Of a stretch of 64,000 nt of DNA, positions 8,602 to 16,904 are shown in pieces (positions within the stretch are counted from its first letter, which is position 1; each line of letters opens with the position of its first letter). This DNA comes from an uncultured Solirubrobacterales bacterium. Lineage in GTDB: Bacteria; Actinomycetota; Thermoleophilia; Solirubrobacterales; 70-9. The translations under genes were made by a program, and so were the position numbers. Location of the stretch: NCBI GenBank assembly GCA_963701265.1, contig OY969581.1, forward strand, positions 2,002,372 to 2,066,371, in the 5' to 3' direction. The notes beneath the pieces were generated by a model. That model was not told where the DNA came from, ran no database searches, and saw only the letters and a list, made by a program, of their open reading frames with translations.

Positions 8602-8628
8602 GACCGGGCCGGCATTGCCGGCCCGGTC
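8602..8628 (-). terminator. Stem-loop between the MIP channel gene and fbiC (candidate intrinsic terminator)
   Basis: GACCGGGCCGGCA-T-TGCCGGCCCGGTC is a 13-bp perfect palindrome. On the minus strand it is followed by CTTTCTTGCAG. It lies 37 nt downstream of the channel gene stop. Confidence 0.55.
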
Positions 8629-8664
8629 TCAAGTCAGTCGAATCGAGGCCCGAAGGCCCCGCTC

Positions 8665-9423
8665 CTAGCGAGCGCCCTCGGAGTACTTCTCGACCGGAGG
8701 CCGCACTGGCTCGGCCGGCTCGGTCGGCGGCAGGCCGCCCTTTTCGATCACGAAGCGAAACACCGCGGCCGCCAGCAGCGAGCCGACGATCGGGCCGACC
8801 AGGTAGGGCCAGACGCCGCCCCACTCGTTGCCGACCAGCGCCGGGCCGAACCAACGGGCCGGGTTGAAGGAACCGCCGGTCAGCGGGCCGCCGACCATGA
8901 CGATGAAGCCAAGCGTGGTGCCGATTGCCAGCGGCGCCCACTCCTTGAAGCTCTTGCGCGAGTAGACCGCGGCCAAGATCACGAGCACGAGGCAGAAGGT
9001 GCCGATCGCCTCGATGATCGCGCCCTGGGTGTTCCCACCCAGGATGCCGCTCACGGTTGCGGCGCCGTAGTGGGTGGCACGCCCCTCGTCGAGCAGCAGG
9101 CCCTTGCAGAGCAGCGCGCCGAGCACGCCGCCGGAAAGCTGGGCCAGCATGAAGATCAGGGCGTCGATCGACCCGATTCGCTTGATCGCCCAGGCCGCAA
9201 GCGTGACCGCGGGGTTGAAGTGCCCACCGCTGACCACGCCGAACATGACGATGAGGCCAAAGAGCAGGAAGGCATGGGTGAGCCCGATTACCGCGAAGTC
9301 AGTCCCAAACTGGGCCTGTTCGCCGGTCGATAGGAAAAGCACCACAACCGTGGTGATGAAAAACACCAACAAAAAGGTGCCTATTAGCTCAGCAAGGTAT
9401 GCCGGTAGTCCTCGTTCCTGCAC
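8665..9423 (-). CDS. MIP family channel (aquaporin/glycerol facilitator-like)
   Basis: 252 aa with two NPA boxes (HFNPAV, SFNPAR) and six hydrophobic segments. GTG start preceded by AGGAGG. Confidence 0.9.
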   Translation of the reverse strand: MQERGLPAYLAELIGTFLLVFFITTVVVLFLSTGEQAQFGTDFAVIGLTHAFLLFGLIVMFGVVSGGHFNPAVTLAAWAIKRIGSIDALIFMLAQLSGGVLGALLCKGLLLDEGRATHYGAATVSGILGGNTQGAIIEAIGTFCLVLVILAAVYSRKSFKEWAPLAIGTTLGFIVMVGGPLTGGSFNPARWFGPALVGNEWGGVWPYLVGPIVGSLLAAAVFRFVIEKGGLPPTEPAEPVRPPVEKYSEGAR

Positions 9424-9507
9424 TCTCTCTCCTCCTAGATCCCTGATTCGACTGGGGGCGGCGCCAGTCTACCCATATTGAGCGAATGAAATAGCGTCCC
9501 GAGCCAG

Positions 9508-10473
9508 ATGAAGTTGGTTGTCGCGCTGCTGGCGGCCGCCTCCCTGCTAGCCGGCCTCGCCGGCTGCGGGGGGAGCGGCGCTGAACCGGGCGCGCCTAGC
9601 GGCGCGACCCTTGTGCTCGACTTCACGCCGAACGCCGTGCACTCCGGCATCTACGCGGCGCGGCGCCAGGGCTTCTATCGCGACGCGGAAATCGACCTGA
9701 CGATCCGCCAGCCCGGCGAATCGACCGACGCGCCGAAGCTGCTCGCCGCCGGCCGCGCCGACTTCGCCATCCTCGACATCCACGACCTCGGCATCGCCCG
9801 CGAGCGCGGCATCGACCTGGTCGGCACGATGCCGCTGGTCCAACGCCCACTCGCCGCGGTGATCGCCCGCGGCGACCGCGGCATCGCCCGGCCCCGCGAT
9901 CTCGAAGGCCGCACCGTCGGCGTCACCGGCCTGCCCTCCGACGAAGCGGTGGTCGACTCCGAGGTGGGCGCCGACGGCGGCAATCCGGCGAAGGTGAAGC
10001 GGGTGACGATCGGCTTCAACGCGATCTCCTCGCTGGCGGCCGGCAGGGTCGACGCCGCGACCGGCTTCTGGAACGCCGAGGGCGTCGCCCTGCGACAGCA
10101 GGGCGTCCCGATCAAGATCTTCAAGGTCGACCGCTACGGCGCTCCGCCCTACCCCGAGCTCGTCCTCGTCACCTCGCGAGAGACCATCCAGCGCGATCCC
10201 GATCTGGTCGAAGCGGTGCTCGACGCAACCACCCGCGGCTACGAATACGCCGTCAACAACCCCGAACGCGCCCTCGACGACCTGCTCACCGAAGTGCCCA
10301 GCCTCGAGCGGGCCGAACAGCAAGCGCAGCTCGACGTGCTGCTGCCCGGCCTGCACCCGCGGCCCTTCGACCCGGCCGTGCTGCGCGCCTGGGCGCGCTG
10401 GGACCTCGAACACGGCCTGCTCGGGCGACCCCTCGATGTGGACGCAGCGTTCGAGCTAGGCTTGCAGCCGTGA
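9508..10473 (+). CDS. Lipoprotein, NMT1/THI5-like (NitT/TauT-type) ABC substrate-binding protein
   Basis: 321 aa. Signal peptide with lipobox LAGLAGC. LVLDFTPNAVHSGIYAA and the overall pattern resemble SsuA/NMT1-like binding proteins. Confidence 0.7.
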   Translation: MKLVVALLAAASLLAGLAGCGGSGAEPGAPSGATLVLDFTPNAVHSGIYAARRQGFYRDAEIDLTIRQPGESTDAPKLLAAGRADFAILDIHDLGIARERGIDLVGTMPLVQRPLAAVIARGDRGIARPRDLEGRTVGVTGLPSDEAVVDSEVGADGGNPAKVKRVTIGFNAISSLAAGRVDAATGFWNAEGVALRQQGVPIKIFKVDRYGAPPYPELVLVTSRETIQRDPDLVEAVLDATTRGYEYAVNNPERALDDLLTEVPSLERAEQQAQLDVLLPGLHPRPFDPAVLRAWARWDLEHGLLGRPLDVDAAFELGLQP

Positions 10474-10832
10474 GCCTGGCCGCCGACTTCCAGCAGGTGC
10501 TCGAGGCGATGCCGTCGGATTGGACCGACCTCGAGCTCGACCTCCGGATCGAGGACGAGAGCCGCTACGTCGACGCCGCGGTGGCGCTGAGCCAGGTCAA
10601 CGCGCAGCCCTACTCCCAGGCCGACTGGGACTGGCGCCTGATCGTCGCCCACAGCTTCGGCCACGCCGCCGCCGCGGAGACGGTCAAGGGCGTCCTCGCC
10701 AAGCTCGACGCCGACGGCATCGGCGGCGAGATGCAGCTGCGCGAGGTGCGCGAGGGCCGCGCCGAGGTCGTGCAGATGTGGGGCCGGCCCGAGAGCGTTC
10801 GCGAGGAGTTCCGCGAACGCCGCTCGCTCTAG
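10470..10832 (+). CDS. Hypothetical protein
   Basis: 120 aa. Its start overlaps the stop of the binding-protein gene (GTGA). Composition is coding-like. I recognise no family. Confidence 0.5.
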   Translation: MSLAADFQQVLEAMPSDWTDLELDLRIEDESRYVDAAVALSQVNAQPYSQADWDWRLIVAHSFGHAAAAETVKGVLAKLDADGIGGEMQLREVREGRAEVVQMWGRPESVREEFRERRSL

Positions 10833-11155
10833 TGGCCCGCGTCGTCGCGATCTCCTCCGACCTCCTGCTCGGCAGCAAGGTCGAGGCAATGCTGAGCGCC
10901 GCCGGACACGAGGTGACCCTCTCCCCCTCGCTTGCCACCGCCTCGCTCGAGGGCGTCGAGCTGATCGTCGCCGACCTCGACGCCGAGGACCCCCAAACGC
11001 TTGCGAGCGCCGACATCCCGGTGCTCGGCTACTACTCCCACGTCGAGGTCGAGACCAAGCAGGCCGCCGACGCAGCCGGGATCGACCTGGCCGTCCCCCG
11101 CTCCCGCATGGCGCGTGAACTCCCCGAGCTGGTCGCCAAGCTCCTCGGCACCTAG
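10832..11155 (+). CDS. Hypothetical small protein (alternating beta-alpha pattern, possibly receiver/flavodoxin-like)
   Basis: The in-frame GTG at 10832 overlaps the preceding TAG, inside track ORF 10520..11155. Sequence VARVVAISSDLLLGSKVEAMLSAAGHEVTL...ELIVADLD. The upstream part of that track ORF is Arg/Pro-rich shadow sequence. Confidence 0.45.
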   Translation: MARVVAISSDLLLGSKVEAMLSAAGHEVTLSPSLATASLEGVELIVADLDAEDPQTLASADIPVLGYYSHVEVETKQAADAAGIDLAVPRSRMARELPELVAKLLGT

Positions 11156-12492
11156 CCGAAGAACACCTGCTGCAGGAGGAAGACGTTGAGGGCGATGATC
11201 ATCGCCGCCAGCGTCCCCGCGAACCCGGTCAGCCAGCGCGGGTTGACCATGGCGCCCATCACATCCTTCTTCGAGGCCAGCATCAGCAGCGGCACCAGGG
11301 CGAAGGGGATGCCGAAGGAGAGGACGACCTGGCTGGCGACCAGGGCATCGGTGGGGTCGAGCCCGAGGCCGAGCACGACCAGGGCCGGCGCCAGGGTGAT
11401 CGCGCGGCGCAGGAAGATCGGGATGCGACGGCGGATGAAGCCCTGCATCACCACCTGCCCGGCCATCGTGCCGACCGAGGAGGAGGCGAAGCCGGAGGCG
11501 AGCAGGGCGATGGCAAAGACCGTCGCCGCGTTGACCGAGACCAACGACTTGAGCCCGTCGTAGGCGCCGTCGATCGAGTCGATCCCGGAGAGGCCGCCTT
11601 CGTGGAACAGGGCGGCGGCGACGATCATCATCGAGAGGTTGATCACGCCGGCGAGCGACATCGCGATCACCACGTCGATCTTCTCGAAGCGCAGGATGCG
11701 CTTGCGCTCCTCGGTGTTGCGGCCGACGATCCGCCGCTGGGTCAGCGCCGAGTGCAGGTAGATCACGTGCGGCATCACCGTGGCGCCGATGATCCCGGTG
11801 GCGAGCAGGATGCTCTCGGTGCCGCCAAAGCCGGGCACGAAGAGGTGCTTGGCCACTTCGCCCCCGTCCGGGTTGGCGTGGAAGAGCTCGAAGACGAAGG
11901 AGGCGACGACGACGCCGACCAGGGCCGTGATCACTGCCTCGAGCCGGCGGAAGCCCCGCTGCTGCAGGGCGAGGATGCCGAAGGCACCCGCGCCGGCAAT
12001 CAGCCCCGCCGGGAAGAGCGGGATGCCGAAGAGCAGGTTGAGGCCGAGCGCGGCGCCGACCACCTCGGCGATATCGGTCGCCATCGCCACCACCTCGGCC
12101 TGCAGCCAGAGGCCGATCGAGGTGCGCCGCGAGAACGTTTCGCGGCAGAGCTCGGCGAGGTTCTTGCCGGTCGCGATCCCCAGCTTCGCCGACTGGGTCT
12201 GCACCACCATCGCGATCAGGTTGGCCGCGAGGATCACCCAGAGCAGCAGGTAGCCGAACTTGGCGCCACCGGCGATGTTGGTGGCGAAGTTGCCGGGGTC
12301 GATGTAGGCGACGGCGGCGACGAAGGCAGGCCCGAGGAAGGGCCAGAGACGGGCCGGACCGCGGGCGTGACCATCGAGCGAGCGGCGGGCGGCGCGGGCT
12401 ACCGCGGCCTCGCCGGGGAGGACGTCCTCGACCGCGGCGTCGGCGACAGGAGCCTCCTCGACCGGAGCGTCGCTGCCGGGCGGCGAGCTCAC
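11152..12492 (-). CDS. mntH: Nramp-family divalent metal (Mn2+/Fe2+) transporter
   Basis: 446 aa. AYIDPGNFATNIAGGAKFGY and MPHVIYLHSAL are Nramp signatures. The GTG start overlaps the stop of the regulator gene (GTGA). Confidence 0.9.
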   Translation of the reverse strand: MSSPPGSDAPVEEAPVADAAVEDVLPGEAAVARAARRSLDGHARGPARLWPFLGPAFVAAVAYIDPGNFATNIAGGAKFGYLLLWVILAANLIAMVVQTQSAKLGIATGKNLAELCRETFSRRTSIGLWLQAEVVAMATDIAEVVGAALGLNLLFGIPLFPAGLIAGAGAFGILALQQRGFRRLEAVITALVGVVVASFVFELFHANPDGGEVAKHLFVPGFGGTESILLATGIIGATVMPHVIYLHSALTQRRIVGRNTEERKRILRFEKIDVVIAMSLAGVINLSMMIVAAALFHEGGLSGIDSIDGAYDGLKSLVSVNAATVFAIALLASGFASSSVGTMAGQVVMQGFIRRRIPIFLRRAITLAPALVVLGLGLDPTDALVASQVVLSFGIPFALVPLLMLASKKDVMGAMVNPRWLTGFAGTLAAMIIALNVFLLQQVFFG

Positions 12493-12962
12493 CGCCGGCT
12501 GCTTCCTTCCCCCGGGGGCTTCAGATCGGGACCGGGAATCGCCGAGCCGTGGGGATCGTGGCTGGGTTCACCCAGCTTGGCCGCGATCAGCAGCTCGAGC
12601 TCCTCGGAGATGTAGTGCTCGAGCACCTCGGCCTCGGCGTGGACGCGGTCCTCGGGCATGCCCAGCGCCTCGGCGAGGTAGGCCTCGATCAAGCGGTGGT
12701 GGCGAATCACCTCGAGTGCGACCTTCTCCCCCGCCGGCGTCAGGGTCACGCCCTTGTAGGGCAGGTAATCGACCAGGCCGAGGTCGGCAAGCCGCTTCAG
12801 CATCGAGGTCGCCGTTGCCGGCGTCACCTTCAGCCGCGCCGCCAACTCGCCGTTGCTGACCGGGCCCGGGCGGTCGGCCGAGAGCGCGTAGATCGCCTTC
12901 GCGTAGTCCTCGATCGCCTCGGTGGAGGGCGCGCGCCGCGGGCTGCCGCCGGAGGCGGCCAT
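12489..12962 (-). CDS. mntR: DtxR/MntR-family metal-dependent transcriptional regulator (two-domain, no SH3-like domain)
   Basis: This is the C-terminal 157 aa of track ORF 12489..14321, starting at MAASGGSPRR (cat 12960-12962). It contains EDYAKAIYAL...VSNGELAARLKVTPATATSMLKRLADLGLV...RHHRLIEAYL. The symbol is assigned from length and Mn-transporter context, so it is tentative. Confidence 0.8.
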   Translation of the reverse strand: MAASGGSPRRAPSTEAIEDYAKAIYALSADRPGPVSNGELAARLKVTPATATSMLKRLADLGLVDYLPYKGVTLTPAGEKVALEVIRHHRLIEAYLAEALGMPEDRVHAEAEVLEHYISEELELLIAAKLGEPSHDPHGSAIPGPDLKPPGEGSSRR

Positions 12963-14197
12963 CAGACGGACACCAGCAGGCCGGTGACGTAGAGCAGGGC
13001 GATGCCGGCAAGCATGCCAGCGACCGAGAGCGGGTGCAGGATGCGCCCGTCGGGATCGCGCATCGCCGGAGCAATCTGCACGATCACCCTGGCGATCGCG
13101 CCGACGCCGACGCCGAAGAGCAGCGCCGCCAGGCTCGGGTTGAAGGCCGCAGCGCCGATCCAGGCACCGAGCACCGCCGGCGCTCCGGCGATCAACCCAA
13201 GCGCCAGCAACCAGCGGAACCCCACCCCCGCGTTCGGTCCGTCGCCCTCGCGCAGCGGTGCGACGATCGCCAGTCCCTCGGTCGTGTTGTGGATAGCGAA
13301 GCCGACGACGAGGAAAGCGCCGAGGGCGAGTGCCCCGGTGGCGTAGGAGGAGCCGATCGCAAGACCCTCGCCGAGGTTGTGGAGGCCGATCCCAATCGCG
13401 ACCAGCAGCGCCATGTAGAGACCGCCCTGGGCAGCGGAACCAGCGCCGGGGCCGGCAAGGCGATCGCGTCGTCGCGCCAGGTAGGCGTCGATCGCGGCCA
13501 GCACCAGGTAGGCGACCAGCGCCCCGGCGAAGACCAGGGCCGAGCCACCGAAGGCGCTCGGCGCCTCGGCGGCGATCTCGAGCCCCTCGAGCGCGGCGTC
13601 GATCGCCAGCAGCGCCAGCAGGCCGACGGTGAAGGCGATCAGGGCGCCGATCCAGCGCGCGTCGACGCGGCGCACGAAGGGCAGCCAGAGCATGCCGAGG
13701 CTGACCGGGACGATGCCGACGTAGACGCCGAGCAGCGCCATCAGGCCGAAGAAGCCGAGGTCCGCATCCGGAGTCTCGGTGGCAACGGGGATCGTGGCGT
13801 CGATCGTGCCGCCGGAGGAGGTCAGGACGAAGATCTCGTAGGCCTCGCCCTCGATCCAGGGATAGGAGATGCGCACGGCGGTCGAGCCGAGGCGGCCGAT
13901 CTCCTCCCCATCGCTGGTCGTGAACGGCGCGAAGGCGTCGTTGACCGCCACCTGGGCGACCCGGACGGGGTCGGGGCCGTCGTTGCGCAGGGTGAGCTCG
14001 ATCTCCCCCGGCCTCAACACGGTGCGCTCGACCGCCACTTCCTCCAGCGGTGGTCCCGTGCGGTCGCCGAGCCCGGGACCGCCGAGCAGGGCAAAGGCGG
14101 CGATCGCCGCCCCGATCAAGGCGAGCGGCAGGAGTCCCAACGCCCAGGCCGGAAGTCGCGCGCCCGGCAGCTGCTCGACCCGCCCCCCCGCCTCCAT
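12962..14197 (-). CDS. ZIP-family metal transporter with an extra N-terminal extracytoplasmic domain
   Basis: 411 aa. GLHNLGEGLAIG and AIHNTTEGLAI are ZIP/ZupT-type motifs. About 105 aa of non-membrane sequence lies between the first helix and the ZIP core. Confidence 0.8.
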   Translation of the reverse strand: MEAGGRVEQLPGARLPAWALGLLPLALIGAAIAAFALLGGPGLGDRTGPPLEEVAVERTVLRPGEIELTLRNDGPDPVRVAQVAVNDAFAPFTTSDGEEIGRLGSTAVRISYPWIEGEAYEIFVLTSSGGTIDATIPVATETPDADLGFFGLMALLGVYVGIVPVSLGMLWLPFVRRVDARWIGALIAFTVGLLALLAIDAALEGLEIAAEAPSAFGGSALVFAGALVAYLVLAAIDAYLARRRDRLAGPGAGSAAQGGLYMALLVAIGIGLHNLGEGLAIGSSYATGALALGAFLVVGFAIHNTTEGLAIVAPLREGDGPNAGVGFRWLLALGLIAGAPAVLGAWIGAAAFNPSLAALLFGVGVGAIARVIVQIAPAMRDPDGRILHPLSVAGMLAGIALLYVTGLLVSV

Positions 14198-15345
14198 CAG
14201 GCCGCCCCGTCCCGGCCGCCCCAGGGCAGCTCGCAGTAGGCGGCCGCGGCGGACGCAGAGGCCATGCGCGAGGGATCGCCGACGCGGAAGAAGCCGGACC
14301 AGCCGAGCTCGGCGAACTCACTGACGTGAGCGTGGAACATGTAGTCGCCGTCGAAGGGGAACTTCATCTCGAGGATCGCCCGCTGCCCCTGCCCCTGGAT
14401 CACGGTGTCGGTGTACTCACTTGGCTGCAACGAGGTTCCGGTCGGGTAGAACTGGAAGAAGTTGGCGTGAACGTGGAAGGAGTTGATCGGGTCGAACTCG
14501 AGCGCGTTGACCAGGTAGATCCGCAGCAGCTCGTCGCGCCGCACCTGGATCGGCTCGTTGACGTAGTGAAAGCCGACCGTGTTGACCGCATAGACCTCGT
14601 TGGAGAGGTCGAAGTTGGTGTCGAAGCCGTTCATCACCATCACCATCTCGTCGGCTTCCGGGCGTCCCTGCTTCGGATCGATCACGAAAGCGCCGTAGAG
14701 GCCGCGCGAGATGTGGCTGGCGAGCGGCGAAACGTGACAGTGGTAGAGGTGGAGGCCGAAGGGCTCGGCGTCGAACTCGTAGGTGAACTCGGCGCCGGGC
14801 GCGATCGCGCCGCCGCCACGGTTTTCGCCGATCCCCGGCATGCCGTCCATCAGCGCCGTGTGGATGCCGTGGAAGTGGAGCGTGTGCGGGTGTTCTGAGG
14901 CGTTGATGAGGCGCACGCGCAGCCGCTCCCCCTCGCGGGCGCGCAGGGTCGGGCCGGGGACGCGGCCGTTGTAGGTCCAGGCCTCGTACTTGACCCCGGG
15001 GGCGACTTCGATCTCCTTGTCCTGGGCGACGATCTCCCATTCGCGCACGACCCGGCCGCTGGCCAGGCGGCGCGTCTTGCCGTAGTCGAAGTCGCGCAAC
15101 AGCTCGGTCGGGTCGAAGCCGTTGGCCCGGTGGTCGACCGTGCGGCCGGGGGCAAAGCCCGCGTGGGCGAAGTCACCGTGGCCGGGGTGCGCGGGCGCGG
15201 CGCCGGCGTTTGCGGGACCGGCGGAACCGCGCGGGAGCAGGCCGTGCACGAGCGGCAGGCTGGCACCCGCTGCCAAGGCCCCGCCCAGCATCTTGCGCCG
15301 GCTGATGCCTGGCTTTGGCTCGGATCCAGTCTCTGATTTAGACAC
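14197..15345 (-). CDS. Two-domain multicopper oxidase, NirK-like architecture, Tat-exported
   Basis: 382 aa. Twin-arginine signal (ISRRKMLGGALAAGA). Copper-ligand-like motifs HPHTLHFHG, YHCHVSPLASHISRGLYG, HVHANFF, MFHAHV. GTG 15343-15345 is the only in-frame start upstream of the RR motif. Confidence 0.8.
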   Translation of the reverse strand: MSKSETGSEPKPGISRRKMLGGALAAGASLPLVHGLLPRGSAGPANAGAAPAHPGHGDFAHAGFAPGRTVDHRANGFDPTELLRDFDYGKTRRLASGRVVREWEIVAQDKEIEVAPGVKYEAWTYNGRVPGPTLRAREGERLRVRLINASEHPHTLHFHGIHTALMDGMPGIGENRGGGAIAPGAEFTYEFDAEPFGLHLYHCHVSPLASHISRGLYGAFVIDPKQGRPEADEMVMVMNGFDTNFDLSNEVYAVNTVGFHYVNEPIQVRRDELLRIYLVNALEFDPINSFHVHANFFQFYPTGTSLQPSEYTDTVIQGQGQRAILEMKFPFDGDYMFHAHVSEFAELGWSGFFRVGDPSRMASASAAAAYCELPWGGRDGAA

Positions 15346-15371
15346 GTCTAAATTATTTTGACATATCTAAA
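15337..15371. promoter_or_regulatory. Two related operator-like palindromes in the 51-nt AT-rich divergent control region
   Basis: TTTAGAC-AC-GTCTAAA (15337-15352) is a perfect 7-2-7 inverted repeat overlapping the MCO start codon. TTTTGACATATCTAAA (15356-15371) matches it at 13 of 16 positions. TAGAAT at 15385-15390 lies 6 nt before the ygfZ GTG, so that mRNA may be leaderless. Confidence 0.35.
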
Positions 15372-15396
15372 AGACGATGCTTCCTAGAATCGAGAG

Positions 15397-16350
15397 GTGG
15401 CCGATGCGGTGACAGTTGAGATCGACGCCCAGTACCGGCAGCTGCGGGAAGAGTGCGGGGTGCTTGATCGTTCCTCGCGCGGCAAGCTGCTGCTCAAGGG
15501 GTCTGAGGCCGCCGAGTACCTGCAGGGGCAGCTGACGAACGACATCGAGGCGCTTGAGCCGGGTGACGGGTGCTACGCGGCGCTGCTCGATCGCAAGGGG
15601 CACATGCAGGCGGACATGCGGGTGCTGCGCCTGGCCGATGACGAAGTCTGGATCGACGTCGAGCCCGAGGCGCTGGCGGCTGCCCGCCGGCACCTCGACA
15701 TGTACAAGATCGGGCGCGAGGTGACGCTCGAGGACGTCAGCGAGGGGCGCTCGATCCTCTCCTTGATCGGGCCTCGCAGCGCCGAGCTGGCCGGGTCGGC
15801 CGCGCTTCCCGAGCATGCTTCCGGGCCCGTCTCGATCGAGGGCGTCGAGTGCCTGGCGGTGGGGACCGCGCTCGGCATCGACCTGATCGCGCCGGCCGAC
15901 GACAGCGAGCGGCTCCGCGCCGCCCTCGCCGCGGCGGGCGCTCCGCAAGTCGACCCTGACGCCGCCGAGATCGTCCGCATCGAGGCCGGCACGCCGCGCT
16001 TCGGCAGCGAGATGGACACGGCGACGATGCCCGCCGAGGCCGGCATCGTCGCCACCGCCGTCAACTTCGAGAAGGGCTGCTACATCGGCCAGGAGACGGT
16101 CGCCCGCCTGCACTACAAGGGCAAGCCGAACCGCCACCTGCGCGGCCTTCGGCTCAGTGCGCCTGCCGGCCCCGGCGCGGTGCTCAAGCTGGGTGAGAAG
16201 GAGGTCGGCAAGCTGGGTGGCAGCTGCATCTCCCCCCTGCACGGACCGCTCGCCCTGGCGATCGTGCGCCGCGAGGCCGAGCCCGGCGCCGAGTTGCTCG
16301 TAGGTGAAGATGGCGTTACGGCTCGCGTAGTCGACTTGCCCTTCGGCTAG
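15397..16350 (+). CDS. ygfZ: YgfZ/GcvT-family folate-binding protein (Fe-S cluster maintenance)
   Basis: 317 aa with the signature KGCYIGQE motif and a GcvT-like N-terminal region. Confidence 0.8.
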   Translation: MADAVTVEIDAQYRQLREECGVLDRSSRGKLLLKGSEAAEYLQGQLTNDIEALEPGDGCYAALLDRKGHMQADMRVLRLADDEVWIDVEPEALAAARRHLDMYKIGREVTLEDVSEGRSILSLIGPRSAELAGSAALPEHASGPVSIEGVECLAVGTALGIDLIAPADDSERLRAALAAAGAPQVDPDAAEIVRIEAGTPRFGSEMDTATMPAEAGIVATAVNFEKGCYIGQETVARLHYKGKPNRHLRGLRLSAPAGPGAVLKLGEKEVGKLGGSCISPLHGPLALAIVRREAEPGAELLVGEDGVTARVVDLPFG

Positions 16351-16360
16351 ATTCCGCGCG

Positions 16361-16849
16361 ATGGGAAGTGGGAGAGGCAGAGCCTTCGCCGCAGGCTGCG
16401 TCGTCGTCGCGCTGGGATTGGTCGCGGCCGGCTGCGGAGCTGAGGAACATCCCAACGAACCGCGACCGCAGCCGCCGACCCGGGTCAGCATCACCGTTAC
16501 GCCGAAGACGATCACGGTGCAGCCGCGCCGCATCGCCTTTGGCCCCGAACCCAGCCAACAGATTCCGCAGAACCAGCACGCTGCCCAGCCCCAGGTGAAG
16601 TCCAAGGCTCCGGTCGACGTCGTCTTCGTCTCCGCCAACCTCACCGACTTCGACTCGAAACTCGAAGTCCGCGGCCCGAAAAACGTCAAATCCGACGCCC
16701 TCGTCGCCAACGGCAACAACTCCCTGCTGGCCTCGCTGCCAACCGGCGTCTACCGGGTCAGCGCCGCTGATATCCCCGGCGCGAAGCCGGTCCGCTTCAC
16801 GGTCGGCCCGTACCGCAGCTCCTCCGAGAACGATCTGCTGCTGCCGTAA
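16361..16849 (+). CDS. Hypothetical lipoprotein
   Basis: 162 aa. Signal peptide with lipobox LVAAGC, then a beta-rich sequence. I recognise no family. Confidence 0.5.
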   Translation: MGSGRGRAFAAGCVVVALGLVAAGCGAEEHPNEPRPQPPTRVSITVTPKTITVQPRRIAFGPEPSQQIPQNQHAAQPQVKSKAPVDVVFVSANLTDFDSKLEVRGPKNVKSDALVANGNNSLLASLPTGVYRVSAADIPGAKPVRFTVGPYRSSSENDLLLP

Positions 16850-16904
16850 ATAGCGGTTTTCGGGCACCGCCGCTACGTCTGCCCCGATCGTCACCATCGA
16901 CTGC

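Noticed and set aside
14197-15345. Calling the copper protein nirK (nitrite reductase) or a laccase
   Set aside because: The domain order resembles NirK, but the residues I align with the catalytic Asp and the axial Met differ. Extra HxH motifs occur in domain 2. Without a real alignment, only 'two-domain multicopper oxidase' is supportable.
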